Source of the DNA: Dehalococcoidia bacterium
GTDB lineage: Bacteria > Chloroflexota > Dehalococcoidia > Plut-88900
NCBI GenBank assembly: GCA_965207225.1
Contig: CBDBLV010000002.1
Coordinates: 160,001 to 224,000 of the forward strand
Length of the DNA stretch: 64,000 nucleotides
Direction: 5' to 3'
The notes beneath the pieces are model-generated. The model was not told the DNA's origin. It searched no databases and saw nothing but the letters and a program-made list of their open reading frames with translations. This document shows positions 47,867-57,803 of the stretch, piece by piece. How positions within the stretch are numbered: the first letter of the stretch is position 1; every line of letters begins with the position of its first letter. The position numbers were made by a program, and so were the translations under genes.

Positions 47867-48973
47867 ATGACCAGTGATCCAGCAGCTACAAGGGACCAGC
47901 GAATCGCGTCGCTGAAGATCATCGACGAATACTATTGGATGCTATTGCGGCATCTCACGATACATACGCGGGCGAGACTGGGGGAGCCGGGGATGAAGGC
48001 CCTGGGTGAAGGGTTCCGGCTGGCCGGTCGGTACAGGGGTCAGTCGATGGCGGAGGACCCGGCGACATTGGCGTCGGGGAACGACGCATTGTCTCTGCTC
48101 AGGGCGTGGGACGTGGCGGACCTGGCCTTTGCGCACCCGGACTCGGTGGTGGAGGTGGAGGGCGGGCCTGCTGCGGCGACGGTCATGCTGCCGAGCGTGC
48201 CGGGGAGCGAGTACTTTGCGAAGCGAGGCGGGGCGGAGATCCTGGCATTGTACTGGAGCAATACGCTGCAGGGGATTGCCGAGGGATTTGACGAGGAGAT
48301 GTCCGTGTCGCATACGGAGATACCGGCGGACGGGTCCGGGCCTATGGCGATAACGTTTTCGTATGCGGGAGATACCGCGGGGGCCTCTGGGGAGATGCCC
48401 AGGGACAGGCTGGCAGACGTTGCGTCATCGATCCTGTTTTCGCGCAGGACCTTTGGGGTGTTCGGGGCGTTGGGCATGTACGTGGCCCGGGCGATGGAGG
48501 ATAATTTTGACGCTACTGCTGAGAAGCTGATGCGTGAGGCGTTGTACGATTTCGGGTATGAGCGGGGGGAGGGGATGAAGGCAGAGGCGGTTTCGAGCGA
48601 AATGCCGCTCGACTTCGAGACGTGGACGGACATTATCAGCCGGCGTGACCCGAACTCCACTTGCTTCGTGTTCAAGGGGTCCAGTCACGTGTCTCCTGGG
48701 GTAATGCACACGACGTGCACCTACTGCCCCTGCGCGGAGGTCTGGGCCGAAGAGGGGCACCAGGGCCTGGCCTTTGGATACATCTACGACACGGAAGTGC
48801 ACCGGGGGCTGGTGGAGGCCTTTGACCCCAACGGCGTGGTGGGGTGGTCCAAGGTGAAGACCCGGGGCGACAAGGTGTGCGACTTCCGGTTCATATTGCC
48901 GTCGCTGGTCACGAAGTCGGACCCGGAGTGGGCGCAGCAACAGGGGAGGATTCGGACGCCTGTCGAAGGGTAG
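47867..48973 (+). CDS. ATC-hydrolase/V4R-like protein with two tandem domains
   Basis: Two 'G..RG' helical modules; 'CTYCPCAEVW', 'GDKVCDFRF'. Confidence 0.55.
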   Translation: MTSDPAATRDQRIASLKIIDEYYWMLLRHLTIHTRARLGEPGMKALGEGFRLAGRYRGQSMAEDPATLASGNDALSLLRAWDVADLAFAHPDSVVEVEGGPAAATVMLPSVPGSEYFAKRGGAEILALYWSNTLQGIAEGFDEEMSVSHTEIPADGSGPMAITFSYAGDTAGASGEMPRDRLADVASSILFSRRTFGVFGALGMYVARAMEDNFDATAEKLMREALYDFGYERGEGMKAEAVSSEMPLDFETWTDIISRRDPNSTCFVFKGSSHVSPGVMHTTCTYCPCAEVWAEEGHQGLAFGYIYDTEVHRGLVEAFDPNGVVGWSKVKTRGDKVCDFRFILPSLVTKSDPEWAQQQGRIRTPVEG

Positions 48974-49113
48974 GCCGGTCTCGCGGGTTGGGCATAGGTG
49001 GCTATGCGGGCCATCGTTTCCCCCTCACCCTGGCTCTCTCCCGGTCTATGCACCTCCCAGGGAAAGGGTTAAGGGGAGAGCTCACTCTCCCCTCATAAGC
49101 CGCACATTTGCTC

Positions 49114-49142
49114 TTGACACACCTGTCCGACAGTACTATCAT
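49114..49142 (+). promoter_or_regulatory. sigma70 promoter of element copy B
   Basis: TTGACA-N17-TATCAT. Confidence 0.7.
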
Positions 49143-49287
49143 ATCCTGCGGTCGAACAAATATCTGATAATAAAAGGAGGAACCAAAACCCCGGGGAGGC
49201 CCGAGCACGACCCAGAGGATGTAACCCCCGAGACGTCGGGGACGCCATCTCCTCACCCCACGGGTCCCGTGCTCCTTCCCCATCCAT

Positions 49288-49599
49288 CCAGGCGATGGAA
49301 GGTCCACAACATTAAACGGCACGCTCCTCACTTAGGAGCCCTGCCGAAAAACCTCGGGCCTTATGGCCCTTGGAAAAATCTCCCCCGTCGTTCCCCTCGG
49401 AGATTCCCATTAACCCAGCGACGGCAGCGAGAAAACACCTCCCCACCCCTCCGAGTGGGTCAGGAAAACTGAGAAACTGGTGGTAGAGACGCCCTCAGGC
49501 GAGGTCTCCTCGCTTGTCTGCCATGTGACACAGGAACACGGGGCTGAACCAGGCTGGCCTCCCGCCCCCTGAAAACCGAGTCCCGGACCTTCCATCGCC
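49288..49599 (+). ncRNA. Putative large structured ncRNA, copy B
   Basis: GGCGATGGAAGGTCC 49291-49305 pairs with GGACCTTCCATCGCC 49585-49599; internal CTCGGAG/CTCCGAG loop complementarity. Confidence 0.55.
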
Positions 49600-49789
49600 G
49601 ACCCCCTCCAAAACAGACAGAACGAAAATGAAAACCCCACAACTGAATAGGAACCCGGCGCATCACCAACCAGCCCAACCAGCGCAGCATATAGCGTTCC
49701 ACCCGGCTAAGGAGTACCATTACGCAGGCCCCAATTCTGCCAACCCCATGACAGGACCCAGACCCGTGAGCAGCCGGTAGGAGACACCC

Positions 49790-50956
49790 ATGGAGTACAA
49801 GATCATATCTGCGGACACCCACCTGGACACCGCTTGGCTTCCCGGCGACCTCTTCACCGATAACGCCCCCGCTCACCTCAGGGACAAGATGCCCTACGTG
49901 ACCGAGGGCAAGCACGGCGGCAAGGTCTGGGAGATCGGGGGTGAGTACATGTGCGGCGCGGGCGTCGGGGGCAACCTCACGCAGGACTTTGCCGCCTACG
50001 TCCCCGGCCAGTCCCATCACCTTGACCGCATGGCTGAGGTCGGCTTCTTCGAAGGCCAGGAGGACGGCATCTACCACCCCTCCGACCCCGAGCTCCGCAT
50101 CAAGGACCAGGACATAGACGGCGTGGACGCCGAGGTGGTCTACGGCATCCTTGGAATTGGCGGAGGCGGTTTTTCCGGGCCTGGTTTCAGGGACTTTGAG
50201 GTCACCACCGCCATCTACGACGTTTACAATAAATGGGTTTCCGACCTGTTTCGACCATACTCCAACCGGATAGCGGGCCTCGGGTGCCTCAGCAGCCACG
50301 ACCCCGATGTGGCCGCCCGGCAGCTCAGGGACTGCGCCGGCCTGGGCCTCCGCGGCGCCGAGATCAACGCCGGCAAGATGCCCGACCCCGCCTACCACAA
50401 GGCATGGGAGCCCCTGTGGCAGGCCGCGTCCGACACCCAGATGCCCATTTCCTTCCACACCCTGGGCTATCCCCACCGCACCCCCGCCCCCGAGGACCAG
50501 GACGAATATGGAAGGCTGGACATGGGTCTTCGCTTCATCATGTTTCAGCTATCCGGCATCGAGTTCCTGGTGAGCATGGTCCTCTCCGGCGCCTGCGTAC
50601 GCCACCCCGATTTCCAGTTCGTGCTCGGCGAGTGTGGCATCGGCTGGATCCCTTACGTAATTGAGAGGACTGACCTCAAGTACGATGACCGGCTGTTCCA
50701 TCTCGGCTTCGATATGAAGCCCAGCGATTACTGGCGCAGACAGGGATACTCGACCTTCCAGCAGGAGTACGTCTCCACCGATGAGGTCGAGCGGATCGGC
50801 GTTGACAACATCATGTGGGGCTCCGACTACCCTCACCCCGACGGCGTCTTCCCCGATTCCGCCAGGGCCATAGACGAGGGTCTTGGGCACCTGGATGCAG
50901 CCATTCGGCAGAAGCTGATTTGCGACAACGCCGCCAGGGTGTACAAGTTCAACTAG
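49790..50956 (+). CDS. Amidohydrolase_2 family protein
   Basis: 'ISADTH', 'DIDGVDAEV', 'MWGSDYPHPD'. Confidence 0.9.
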   Translation: MEYKIISADTHLDTAWLPGDLFTDNAPAHLRDKMPYVTEGKHGGKVWEIGGEYMCGAGVGGNLTQDFAAYVPGQSHHLDRMAEVGFFEGQEDGIYHPSDPELRIKDQDIDGVDAEVVYGILGIGGGGFSGPGFRDFEVTTAIYDVYNKWVSDLFRPYSNRIAGLGCLSSHDPDVAARQLRDCAGLGLRGAEINAGKMPDPAYHKAWEPLWQAASDTQMPISFHTLGYPHRTPAPEDQDEYGRLDMGLRFIMFQLSGIEFLVSMVLSGACVRHPDFQFVLGECGIGWIPYVIERTDLKYDDRLFHLGFDMKPSDYWRRQGYSTFQQEYVSTDEVERIGVDNIMWGSDYPHPDGVFPDSARAIDEGLGHLDAAIRQKLICDNAARVYKFN

Positions 50957-51011
50957 CCGAAATGCAAGGTCGATGCCCCTGCAACGCGCTGGCAGACACT
51001 AGGAGAGGAAT

Positions 51012-52166
51012 ATGAAATACAGCCTGATTTCCGCCGACACCCACATGGACCTCGTCTACATGCCCCCAGAGGTCTTCGTTGAGAATGCCCCATCGCACCT
51101 CAGGCACATGATGCCTCACGTAGAGGACACCGACGACGGGCCCTTCTGGATGCAGCAAGGAGACAGGGTAGTGCCTTCAGGGTTTGGTGGCCTGAACAGC
51201 GGAGAGTACAAGGAGGGCGAGGAACTGCACCTGGACCGCATGGCTGAAGTCGGCTTCTTCGACAGCATTGGGGAGGGTATTTTCCACCCCAGCAACCCCG
51301 ACCTCCGGGTCAAAGACCTCGATATTGACGGCGTCGACGCCGAGATGATGTATGGAATCCTGGAGATTGGCGCGGGCGGGCGCCTCGGCCCCGACGTTGA
51401 AGACGCAGGCGTCCTTGAAGCCACCTATGAGGTCTACAACCAGTGGGTCGCCGAATTCGTCGGCAAGAACCCCACCCGCATGAACGCCCTCGCCTGTCTC
51501 ACCCACCGGGACCCCCAGACCGCCGCCGACCAGCTCCGCAAAGCCGCCGAGCTGGGCCTCCGTGGCGCGGAGATACTCGTCCCCCCGATGATTAAGCCCG
51601 TCTACCACAAGGACTGGGATGTCTTGTGGCAGGCCGCCGCCGAGTGTCGGGTCCCCATCTCCTTCCACACCCTCGGCGGCCAGTTCTCCAGGCCCAAACC
51701 CGGTGAGGAGCAGGAGTACAAATACGTAGTCAGGGGGCTGGGCGAAGCTCTGTTTCAGATCGCCGGCTCCGAGTTCCTGATCAGCGTAATCCTATCCGGC
51801 GCATGCGAGAGGTTCCCGGACTTCAACTGGGTCCTCGGCGAATGTGGCATCGGTTGGATACCCTACATCGTCGAAAGGACCGACATAGAATACGACGACC
51901 GGCTGTTCCAGCTAGGGCTGGAGATGAAGCCCAGCGACTACTGGCGCCGCCAGGGCCATTCCACCTTCCAGGACGAATACGTCTCCATGGACGAGGTGGA
52001 GAGAATTGGCGTGGACTCCATCATGTGGGGCTCCGACTACCCCCACCCCGACGGCGTCTTCCCCGACTCCCGGGCCGTCATCAAGAAAAACCTCGGGCAC
52101 CTGCCGGATGAAATAGTCAGCCAGATCACCTGCGACAACGCCGCCAAGCTCTACCGCTTCAATTGA
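51012..52166 (+). CDS. Amidohydrolase_2 family protein (tandem paralogue)
   Basis: 'ISADTH', 'MWGSDYPHPD'; high similarity to the upstream gene. Confidence 0.9.
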   Translation: MKYSLISADTHMDLVYMPPEVFVENAPSHLRHMMPHVEDTDDGPFWMQQGDRVVPSGFGGLNSGEYKEGEELHLDRMAEVGFFDSIGEGIFHPSNPDLRVKDLDIDGVDAEMMYGILEIGAGGRLGPDVEDAGVLEATYEVYNQWVAEFVGKNPTRMNALACLTHRDPQTAADQLRKAAELGLRGAEILVPPMIKPVYHKDWDVLWQAAAECRVPISFHTLGGQFSRPKPGEEQEYKYVVRGLGEALFQIAGSEFLISVILSGACERFPDFNWVLGECGIGWIPYIVERTDIEYDDRLFQLGLEMKPSDYWRRQGHSTFQDEYVSMDEVERIGVDSIMWGSDYPHPDGVFPDSRAVIKKNLGHLPDEIVSQITCDNAAKLYRFN

Positions 52167-52235
52167 TTGCTCGCCTAGCGTAGGGGTAAGAGCGCTCGGC
52201 TACCGGGGCGAGAAAGTTGGCTGGTTCACAGCCGC

Positions 52236-53402
52236 CTAGCCTGCCCTGTGTATGGTCTGGGGCAGCCCGCTAAGAACCTCGCAACCATTCTCGGTTACCA
52301 GGACCGTCTCGCTCACCCCGACTCCATACTCACCCTTCTCAAACAGGATAACTGGCATGTGGAATGTCATGCCCGGAGCCAGGATGTCCGTGGAGTCGGG
52401 TTCCAGGCTCAGGTTCCCCCGGTCGGACCACATAATCCCGTTCTGGTAGCCCGTGCGGTGCCTGAACACCTCTGAGCTGCCCGCCTTTTCAATAACCCCG
52501 CGGCAGGCGGCGTCCACGTCTCCGGTTGTCACGCCCGGCCGGATTGCCTCGATAGTCGCTCGCAGCGCCTCCTCGGCCAGGGCGTGCAGCGACTCCGCCC
52601 CCGGATGGCTCCCGAGCACCGCGGAGCGGCAGATGCTTCCCGCGTATCCCTTCTCCCAGCCTCCCGTCTCGGTGAATACTGGCTGGTTGGCTTCAAGGGC
52701 GTAGGAGGTCGGGAGGCCGTGGGGGAGGGCAGTGCGCGGTCCAAAAAGTAATGTAAACGGCCGCATCCAACTTGCGCCGGCATCCATCACCGCCGAAATC
52801 ATTGCATCGGAAACTTCAGCTTCGGTGATGCCCTCCCTCAAGGAAGCATTCATTGTATTGATGGCTACCCGTGTGAAGCCCATGGCCTTGCGCATCGTCT
52901 CGATTTCTACATCGCTCTTTACCGCCGCCACCTTGGACACGACCTGTGTCGCATCTACCACCGTCAGATTAGGCAGTTCCGCCTCGAGCCTCGCCACGTC
53001 CCAGGGGGCCAGGTTCCAGCAGCCCAGCTCCATCCCGAGCCTCCCCCCATCCACCCCAAACCTCCGAAGGACGTCGGCCACCGCCTTTGCCTGGTCGCCC
53101 TGCTGGGTGTAGGGCACAACCTCGGTTACGCAGCTCTCGGTCAATACGGCGTCCTCGTCATACCTCCTGACCACATACGTTGGCGGCTGGCCCGGGGCCA
53201 GGATTAGCGGGAACGGGGCGAAGTAGCCCCCGGACCCGTCGTAACCGGAAAGGTATTCAAGGTGGCTGTAAGCAGTCACTGCAATCGCATCCAGCCCGTG
53301 CGACTCCAGCGACGCCACTACGGCATCCTGACGCCTCTGGTATTCCTCCTTGGAAAAGGGAGGCGCCGTCATGGGAATCGAACCGCTGCTCACTGATGCC
53401 AT
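52236..53402 (-). CDS. M24 Xaa-Pro peptidase/creatinase family (ectoine-hydrolase-like)
   Basis: 'YLSGYDG', 'VKSDVEIE', 'PGMTFH', 'GVSETVLVTENGCE'. Confidence 0.8.
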   Translation of the reverse strand: MASVSSGSIPMTAPPFSKEEYQRRQDAVVASLESHGLDAIAVTAYSHLEYLSGYDGSGGYFAPFPLILAPGQPPTYVVRRYDEDAVLTESCVTEVVPYTQQGDQAKAVADVLRRFGVDGGRLGMELGCWNLAPWDVARLEAELPNLTVVDATQVVSKVAAVKSDVEIETMRKAMGFTRVAINTMNASLREGITEAEVSDAMISAVMDAGASWMRPFTLLFGPRTALPHGLPTSYALEANQPVFTETGGWEKGYAGSICRSAVLGSHPGAESLHALAEEALRATIEAIRPGVTTGDVDAACRGVIEKAGSSEVFRHRTGYQNGIMWSDRGNLSLEPDSTDILAPGMTFHMPVILFEKGEYGVGVSETVLVTENGCEVLSGLPQTIHRAG

Positions 53403-53536
53403 TGTGTTCCTCCTGAATTTAATTGCCTTCCCCTCACCTCGCGGCGACCCATCTTAGGTTTTGGGCAGACAGACAGTCAATGGCAGACAGGCGAAAGCTG
53501 CGCCGCCAGTCATAGGCAGAATGGACAGGAAATGAG

Positions 53537-53611
53537 TGGTACCCCCGGCGGGACTCGAACCCACGCTTCCAGCTCCGGAGGCTGGCGCTCTATCCTCTGA
53601 GCTACGGGGGC
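53537..53611 (-). tRNA. tRNA-Arg(CCG)
   Basis: Reverse complement GCCCCCGTAGCTCAG...CCAGC-CTCCGGA-GCTGG...GGTTCGAGTCC...CGGGGGTACCA. Confidence 0.95.
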
Positions 53612-53697
53612 GCGCCTAAAGCATAGCCGTGCTTAATGGGGGCTGCAAGGGCGCTGCTTTGGTTGGGAGTTACGGATTCCTGAAAAGGCGCACCGAC

Positions 53698-55104
53698 TCA
53701 CTGCTCCTTCGGCGCTTCTTTCGCATCCTGTTCGGGCGAATCCGCCAACGCGTGAGGCATTATGCTCTCCTGGAATGCCGACCTCATCCCCACCTTGTCC
53801 CTGGAAAACAGAGGCTGGAGCACCAGCGGGGCCATCAGCGTGGTCACGATAGTCATAAACACCGTCACCCCGAACAGCTCTCCACCTATTACACCCTTGC
53901 TCAACCCGATGCCAGCGATGATCAACGCAACCTCGCCCCTCGGGAGCATGCCGAACCCGATCCTCGCAGAACCGAGGGTGTTGAACCCCAATCCCATGGC
54001 CGGAATCCCGGACCCGAACACCTTGGAGACTATCGCCAAGCCCGACAACACCAGCCCGAACACGATAACACCGCCGAACAGGCTCATGTCGACCTGCATC
54101 CCCTGCACCACGAAGAATATGGGCACCAGGGCGTCGTGCAAGACTACGAAGGGAGGGTCGCGCCTGTGTTCATCTTCTTCCGTGCCCGGCGGGTGATGGG
54201 CCAGCACCTGTGCCAGTTTCGTGCCCGAAAGGGCCAGCCCTGCGGCGTAAGCACCAATGATGAAAGCCAGTCCGAAGCTCTCTGCCAGCCCCGAAGACAG
54301 GAGCGCAATACCAAACGAAATCGCAATCGCAGCCCCGGTGACTTTCAGAGACAGTATGAACTTCGATATGTACTTGGAAATCAGCAGTCCTCCCCCGAAC
54401 CACACCACCAGGAACCCCGCCGCCTTCCCCCCGACTATCAGTATGTCAGTGACCGACACCGCACCCGTGTCGGCGACACCCACGGCCAGGGTCAGGATGA
54501 GGATGCCCAGGATGTCATCGATCACGGCCGCCGCCATGATTGTGACGCCCTCGGGCGTTGCCAGCTTCTTGCGTTCGCTCAGGACTCGGGCCGTTATCCC
54601 CACTGAGGTGGCCGTCATGGCTGCTCCCATGAACAGCGCCTCCGCACTGCCTATGCTATCCGCATATCCGAATGCGATGGTCGCAAATACGCCAAGAATG
54701 AACGGCACTACCACGCCGCCTAGCGCTATTACCGACCCCGGTTTCGCATATCTCATGAACTGCCCGAGATTGGTCTCCAGCCCCACGAAGAACAGCAGCA
54801 CTATCACTGCTATCTCCGAAATGGAGAAGAGCTCGGAACTGATCGCCTCGGTGGGCACCTCCGGCTTTGCGAACAGGAGCCCCAGGTCCGACCCCGGTAT
54901 GATTGTGCTCAGGTTGATCAGGTTGCCCAGGGCGTAGGGCCCTATGGCGACGCCTACCATCAGCTCTCCAATCACCGCCGGAAGCTTCAGGTATCGCGTG
55001 AAGATCTCGCCACCCAGCTTGGCCAGTATCAGGATCACACACAACTGGATGACCAGGTGTGTTACAGCTTCCAGGACGCTGGACTCACCAGCGGCAAAGA
55101 GCAA
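53698..55104 (-). CDS. CPA2 cation:proton antiporter
   Basis: 'LLFFVGLET', 'ATSVGITARVL', 'AAVIDD', 'GMLPRGEVAL'. Confidence 0.9.
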   Translation of the reverse strand: MLFAAGESSVLEAVTHLVIQLCVILILAKLGGEIFTRYLKLPAVIGELMVGVAIGPYALGNLINLSTIIPGSDLGLLFAKPEVPTEAISSELFSISEIAVIVLLFFVGLETNLGQFMRYAKPGSVIALGGVVVPFILGVFATIAFGYADSIGSAEALFMGAAMTATSVGITARVLSERKKLATPEGVTIMAAAVIDDILGILILTLAVGVADTGAVSVTDILIVGGKAAGFLVVWFGGGLLISKYISKFILSLKVTGAAIAISFGIALLSSGLAESFGLAFIIGAYAAGLALSGTKLAQVLAHHPPGTEEDEHRRDPPFVVLHDALVPIFFVVQGMQVDMSLFGGVIVFGLVLSGLAIVSKVFGSGIPAMGLGFNTLGSARIGFGMLPRGEVALIIAGIGLSKGVIGGELFGVTVFMTIVTTLMAPLVLQPLFSRDKVGMRSAFQESIMPHALADSPEQDAKEAPKEQ

Positions 55105-55444
55105 GGAAGTCCTCCGATGCCTGGCTGCTCACGCTAATCGCGTCCACTTGTAGCAATAGTCAAAAGAATATGGAAGGGGAAGGGTGCAGGTGTTGAAATA
55201 GAGAATGCTCTCAACAGGGTCTCTCGGGGGGAGTATACCATGCAGTTCACCACACAGAGCAGGAGGTCTCGTTGCTTGACACCCCTATGTGTGATACTTA
55301 TTATCTAAATAGAGATTGAGATGATTGAGCTTGACGACCCTCCCAGTAGTAGGTCGAAGGCCCCAATAAACAAATACTTGGACTAGCTGTCCCTTCCTTC
55401 CTCGCGGAGCGCGGAAAAGAAGGGACTTCTTATTTGGACAAAAT

Positions 55445-56797
55445 ATGACAAGTTGGGCTGGGGTAATACTGGCGGCGGGTAAGGGGACTCGGATGAAGAG
55501 CCGAATCCCCAAGCCCCTTCACCGTGTTGCGGGCAGAGAGATGCTCTCATGGGTGAAGGATGCGGTCTCGCAAACTCCGGCGACCGTAACTGCTGCGGTA
55601 GTCGGCCCCGACTTCCCGACCCAACACGCCTGCTTTTCCAACGGCACAATTCGGGTTTTACAGGGAGAGAGGCTGGGCACGGGCCACGCGCTCCTTCAAA
55701 CGCAGCCCTTCATTGCTGAGCACACCGACCACGTGCTGGTAGTCAACGCTGACATGCCCCTCCTCACCCCCGACACCCTAAACCTGATGATTGACCGGCA
55801 CCTTGGCGCCGAAGCTGCCCTCACTGTCCTCACCTGCAGGGTACCGGAACCCGGCGAGATGGGAAGGGTCATTCGCAGCCCGGACGGGGAACTCACCGGC
55901 ATAATCGAGTGGCGGGAGGCCGACAAAGAGACCCGAGCCTCCGACGAAGTCTGCTGTGGCGCCTACTGCTTCCGCTCCGAGTGGCTATGGCCTGCCCTCC
56001 GGGACCTTGCCCCTGCTCCTAACGGGGAGTTCTACATCACGTCGCTGTTAGACCGGGCCCGTCGAAGCGGACTCGGCGTCGAATCGGTATCCCCCGCCGA
56101 CCCCGACGAAGCCCTGGGAGTCAATGACCGCTCAGACCTGGCACGGGTGACCGCCGTCGCCTTCGAAAGGACCCGGCAGCGGGCCTTGGCCCAGGGTGTG
56201 ACCCTTGTTGATCCCCGAAGCACCTTCATAGACGCATCCGTGAATATTGGCATGGACACGGTCTTGCAGCCCGGGGTAATCCTCCAGGGCGACACCTCGA
56301 TTGGCAACTTATGCGAGATAGGCCCCAACGCCGTCATCAGGGACTCGTCCATAGGTGAAGGATGTAGGATCCAGGGGTCTGTGATCGAAGAATCCTCAAT
56401 CGATAGTCACGTCGAGATCGGCCCCTATTGTCATCTCCGCCCAGGGGCCCACCTATCCGAGAATGTACACATCGGCAATTACGTGGAAGTTAAGAAGGCG
56501 GCCATCGGCCCGGGGACCAGGGTCGGCCATTTCAGTTATCTGGGAGATGCTGAGATCGGGGCCAATGTGAACATTGGGGCAGGGACGGTTACCTGCAACT
56601 ATGACGGCGTGGCCAAGAACCGCACGATAATCGGCGATGGCGCCTTTATCGGGTCCGACTCCATGCTGGTTGCCCCCGTGAAGATCGGCGCCCGGGCCGT
56701 GACGGGCGCGGGGTCGGTTGTGACCAGAGACCTGCCCGATGATTCACTGTCCTTTGGCGTCCCCGCCCGTGAGAGAACACAAGACCAGGATAGCTAG
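55445..56797 (+). CDS. glmU: Bifunctional GlcNAc-1-P uridyltransferase/acetyltransferase
   Basis: 'ILAAGKGTRMKS', 'LGTGHA', 'HFSYLGDA', 'CNYDG'. Confidence 0.95.
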   Translation: MTSWAGVILAAGKGTRMKSRIPKPLHRVAGREMLSWVKDAVSQTPATVTAAVVGPDFPTQHACFSNGTIRVLQGERLGTGHALLQTQPFIAEHTDHVLVVNADMPLLTPDTLNLMIDRHLGAEAALTVLTCRVPEPGEMGRVIRSPDGELTGIIEWREADKETRASDEVCCGAYCFRSEWLWPALRDLAPAPNGEFYITSLLDRARRSGLGVESVSPADPDEALGVNDRSDLARVTAVAFERTRQRALAQGVTLVDPRSTFIDASVNIGMDTVLQPGVILQGDTSIGNLCEIGPNAVIRDSSIGEGCRIQGSVIEESSIDSHVEIGPYCHLRPGAHLSENVHIGNYVEVKKAAIGPGTRVGHFSYLGDAEIGANVNIGAGTVTCNYDGVAKNRTIIGDGAFIGSDSMLVAPVKIGARAVTGAGSVVTRDLPDDSLSFGVPARERTQDQDS

Positions 56798-56810
56798 GAA
56801 ACGTAGAGGT

Positions 56811-57737
56811 ATGATCGAGGAAGTAGGTCGAGAGCCTGTGCAAGACCAACGTCAGAACGGCAATGGACGCCCCAGATCCGCCAACGGTTCCAAGGGTGGA
56901 TTCCTTGGCCGGGTCGCATCCCTCTTTGGGTTTATTCGCAAGCCGGCCGAGGATGCTGCCCCGACCTTCGTCGACGAAGAAGGTCAGGTCCAAAGCCTGG
57001 AAGAAGACGAGACCCAAATGGTCCGGTCCATCCTGGACCTAGACAAGACCCTTGCACGGGAGATAATGGTCCCCCGTATAGACATCGTTGCCCTTGATAC
57101 CAAGTCATCCCTCTCCGAGTTGGTACGCACCGTCATAGAGGCGGGTGTAAGCCGGATCCCCATATACGAAAACACCATCGACAACGTGGTTGGTGTGGTA
57201 TACGCCAAAGACGTCCTCCGCTATTGGGGCCAGCCCGACAACGGCCCCAGCCTCGACCAGATTGCCCGTGCACCACATTTCATTCCCGAAACCAAGCGAG
57301 TGGATGAGCTCCTGCAGGAGTTCCGGAGGAAGCGGGTCCACATGGCCATCGTCGTGGATGAATACGGTGGGGTGGCGGGACTGGTCAGCCTCGAAGATCT
57401 GATGGAGGAAATAGTCGGGGAGATTGAGGACGAATTCGATATCGGGACCCCGCAAATCGAGACCGTAGGCCCCAACGAGATTATAATGGACGCCGCAGTC
57501 AGCATCGATGACCTGAACGAAGCCCTTTCTCTCAATATCCAGGGCGAAGACTTCGATACGGTTGGCGGGTTCATATTTGACCGCTTGGGCAAAATCCCCG
57601 TTCCCGGTGATGAAATTCGGGAGGACGGCTTCCTGGTCTCGGTGCTCACCACCACGGGAAGACGAATACGTAAGGTAAAGATCTCCAGGATTTCTGCCCC
57701 CGTGGAAGACGGAGATGCCGAGTCCCAGGATTCCTGA
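56811..57737 (+). CDS. CBS/CorC-HlyC hemolysin-family protein
   Basis: 'REIMVPR', 'SRIPIY', 'VVDEYGG', 'EDLMEEIVGEIEDE'. Confidence 0.9.
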   Translation: MIEEVGREPVQDQRQNGNGRPRSANGSKGGFLGRVASLFGFIRKPAEDAAPTFVDEEGQVQSLEEDETQMVRSILDLDKTLAREIMVPRIDIVALDTKSSLSELVRTVIEAGVSRIPIYENTIDNVVGVVYAKDVLRYWGQPDNGPSLDQIARAPHFIPETKRVDELLQEFRRKRVHMAIVVDEYGGVAGLVSLEDLMEEIVGEIEDEFDIGTPQIETVGPNEIIMDAAVSIDDLNEALSLNIQGEDFDTVGGFIFDRLGKIPVPGDEIREDGFLVSVLTTTGRRIRKVKISRISAPVEDGDAESQDS

Positions 57738-57803
57738 AGTCGGTGCAGCAATAGACCAGCCCCGACCGTCAAAAGGAGACGGTCCCATTGAGGAGGAAAG
57801 ACC

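Noticed and set aside
49288-49599. Retron msr-msd, tmRNA, RNase P or group II intron identity for the repeated element
   Set aside because: No reverse transcriptase in the window, no tRNA-like ends or tag ORF, and no RNase P or domain V consensus visible
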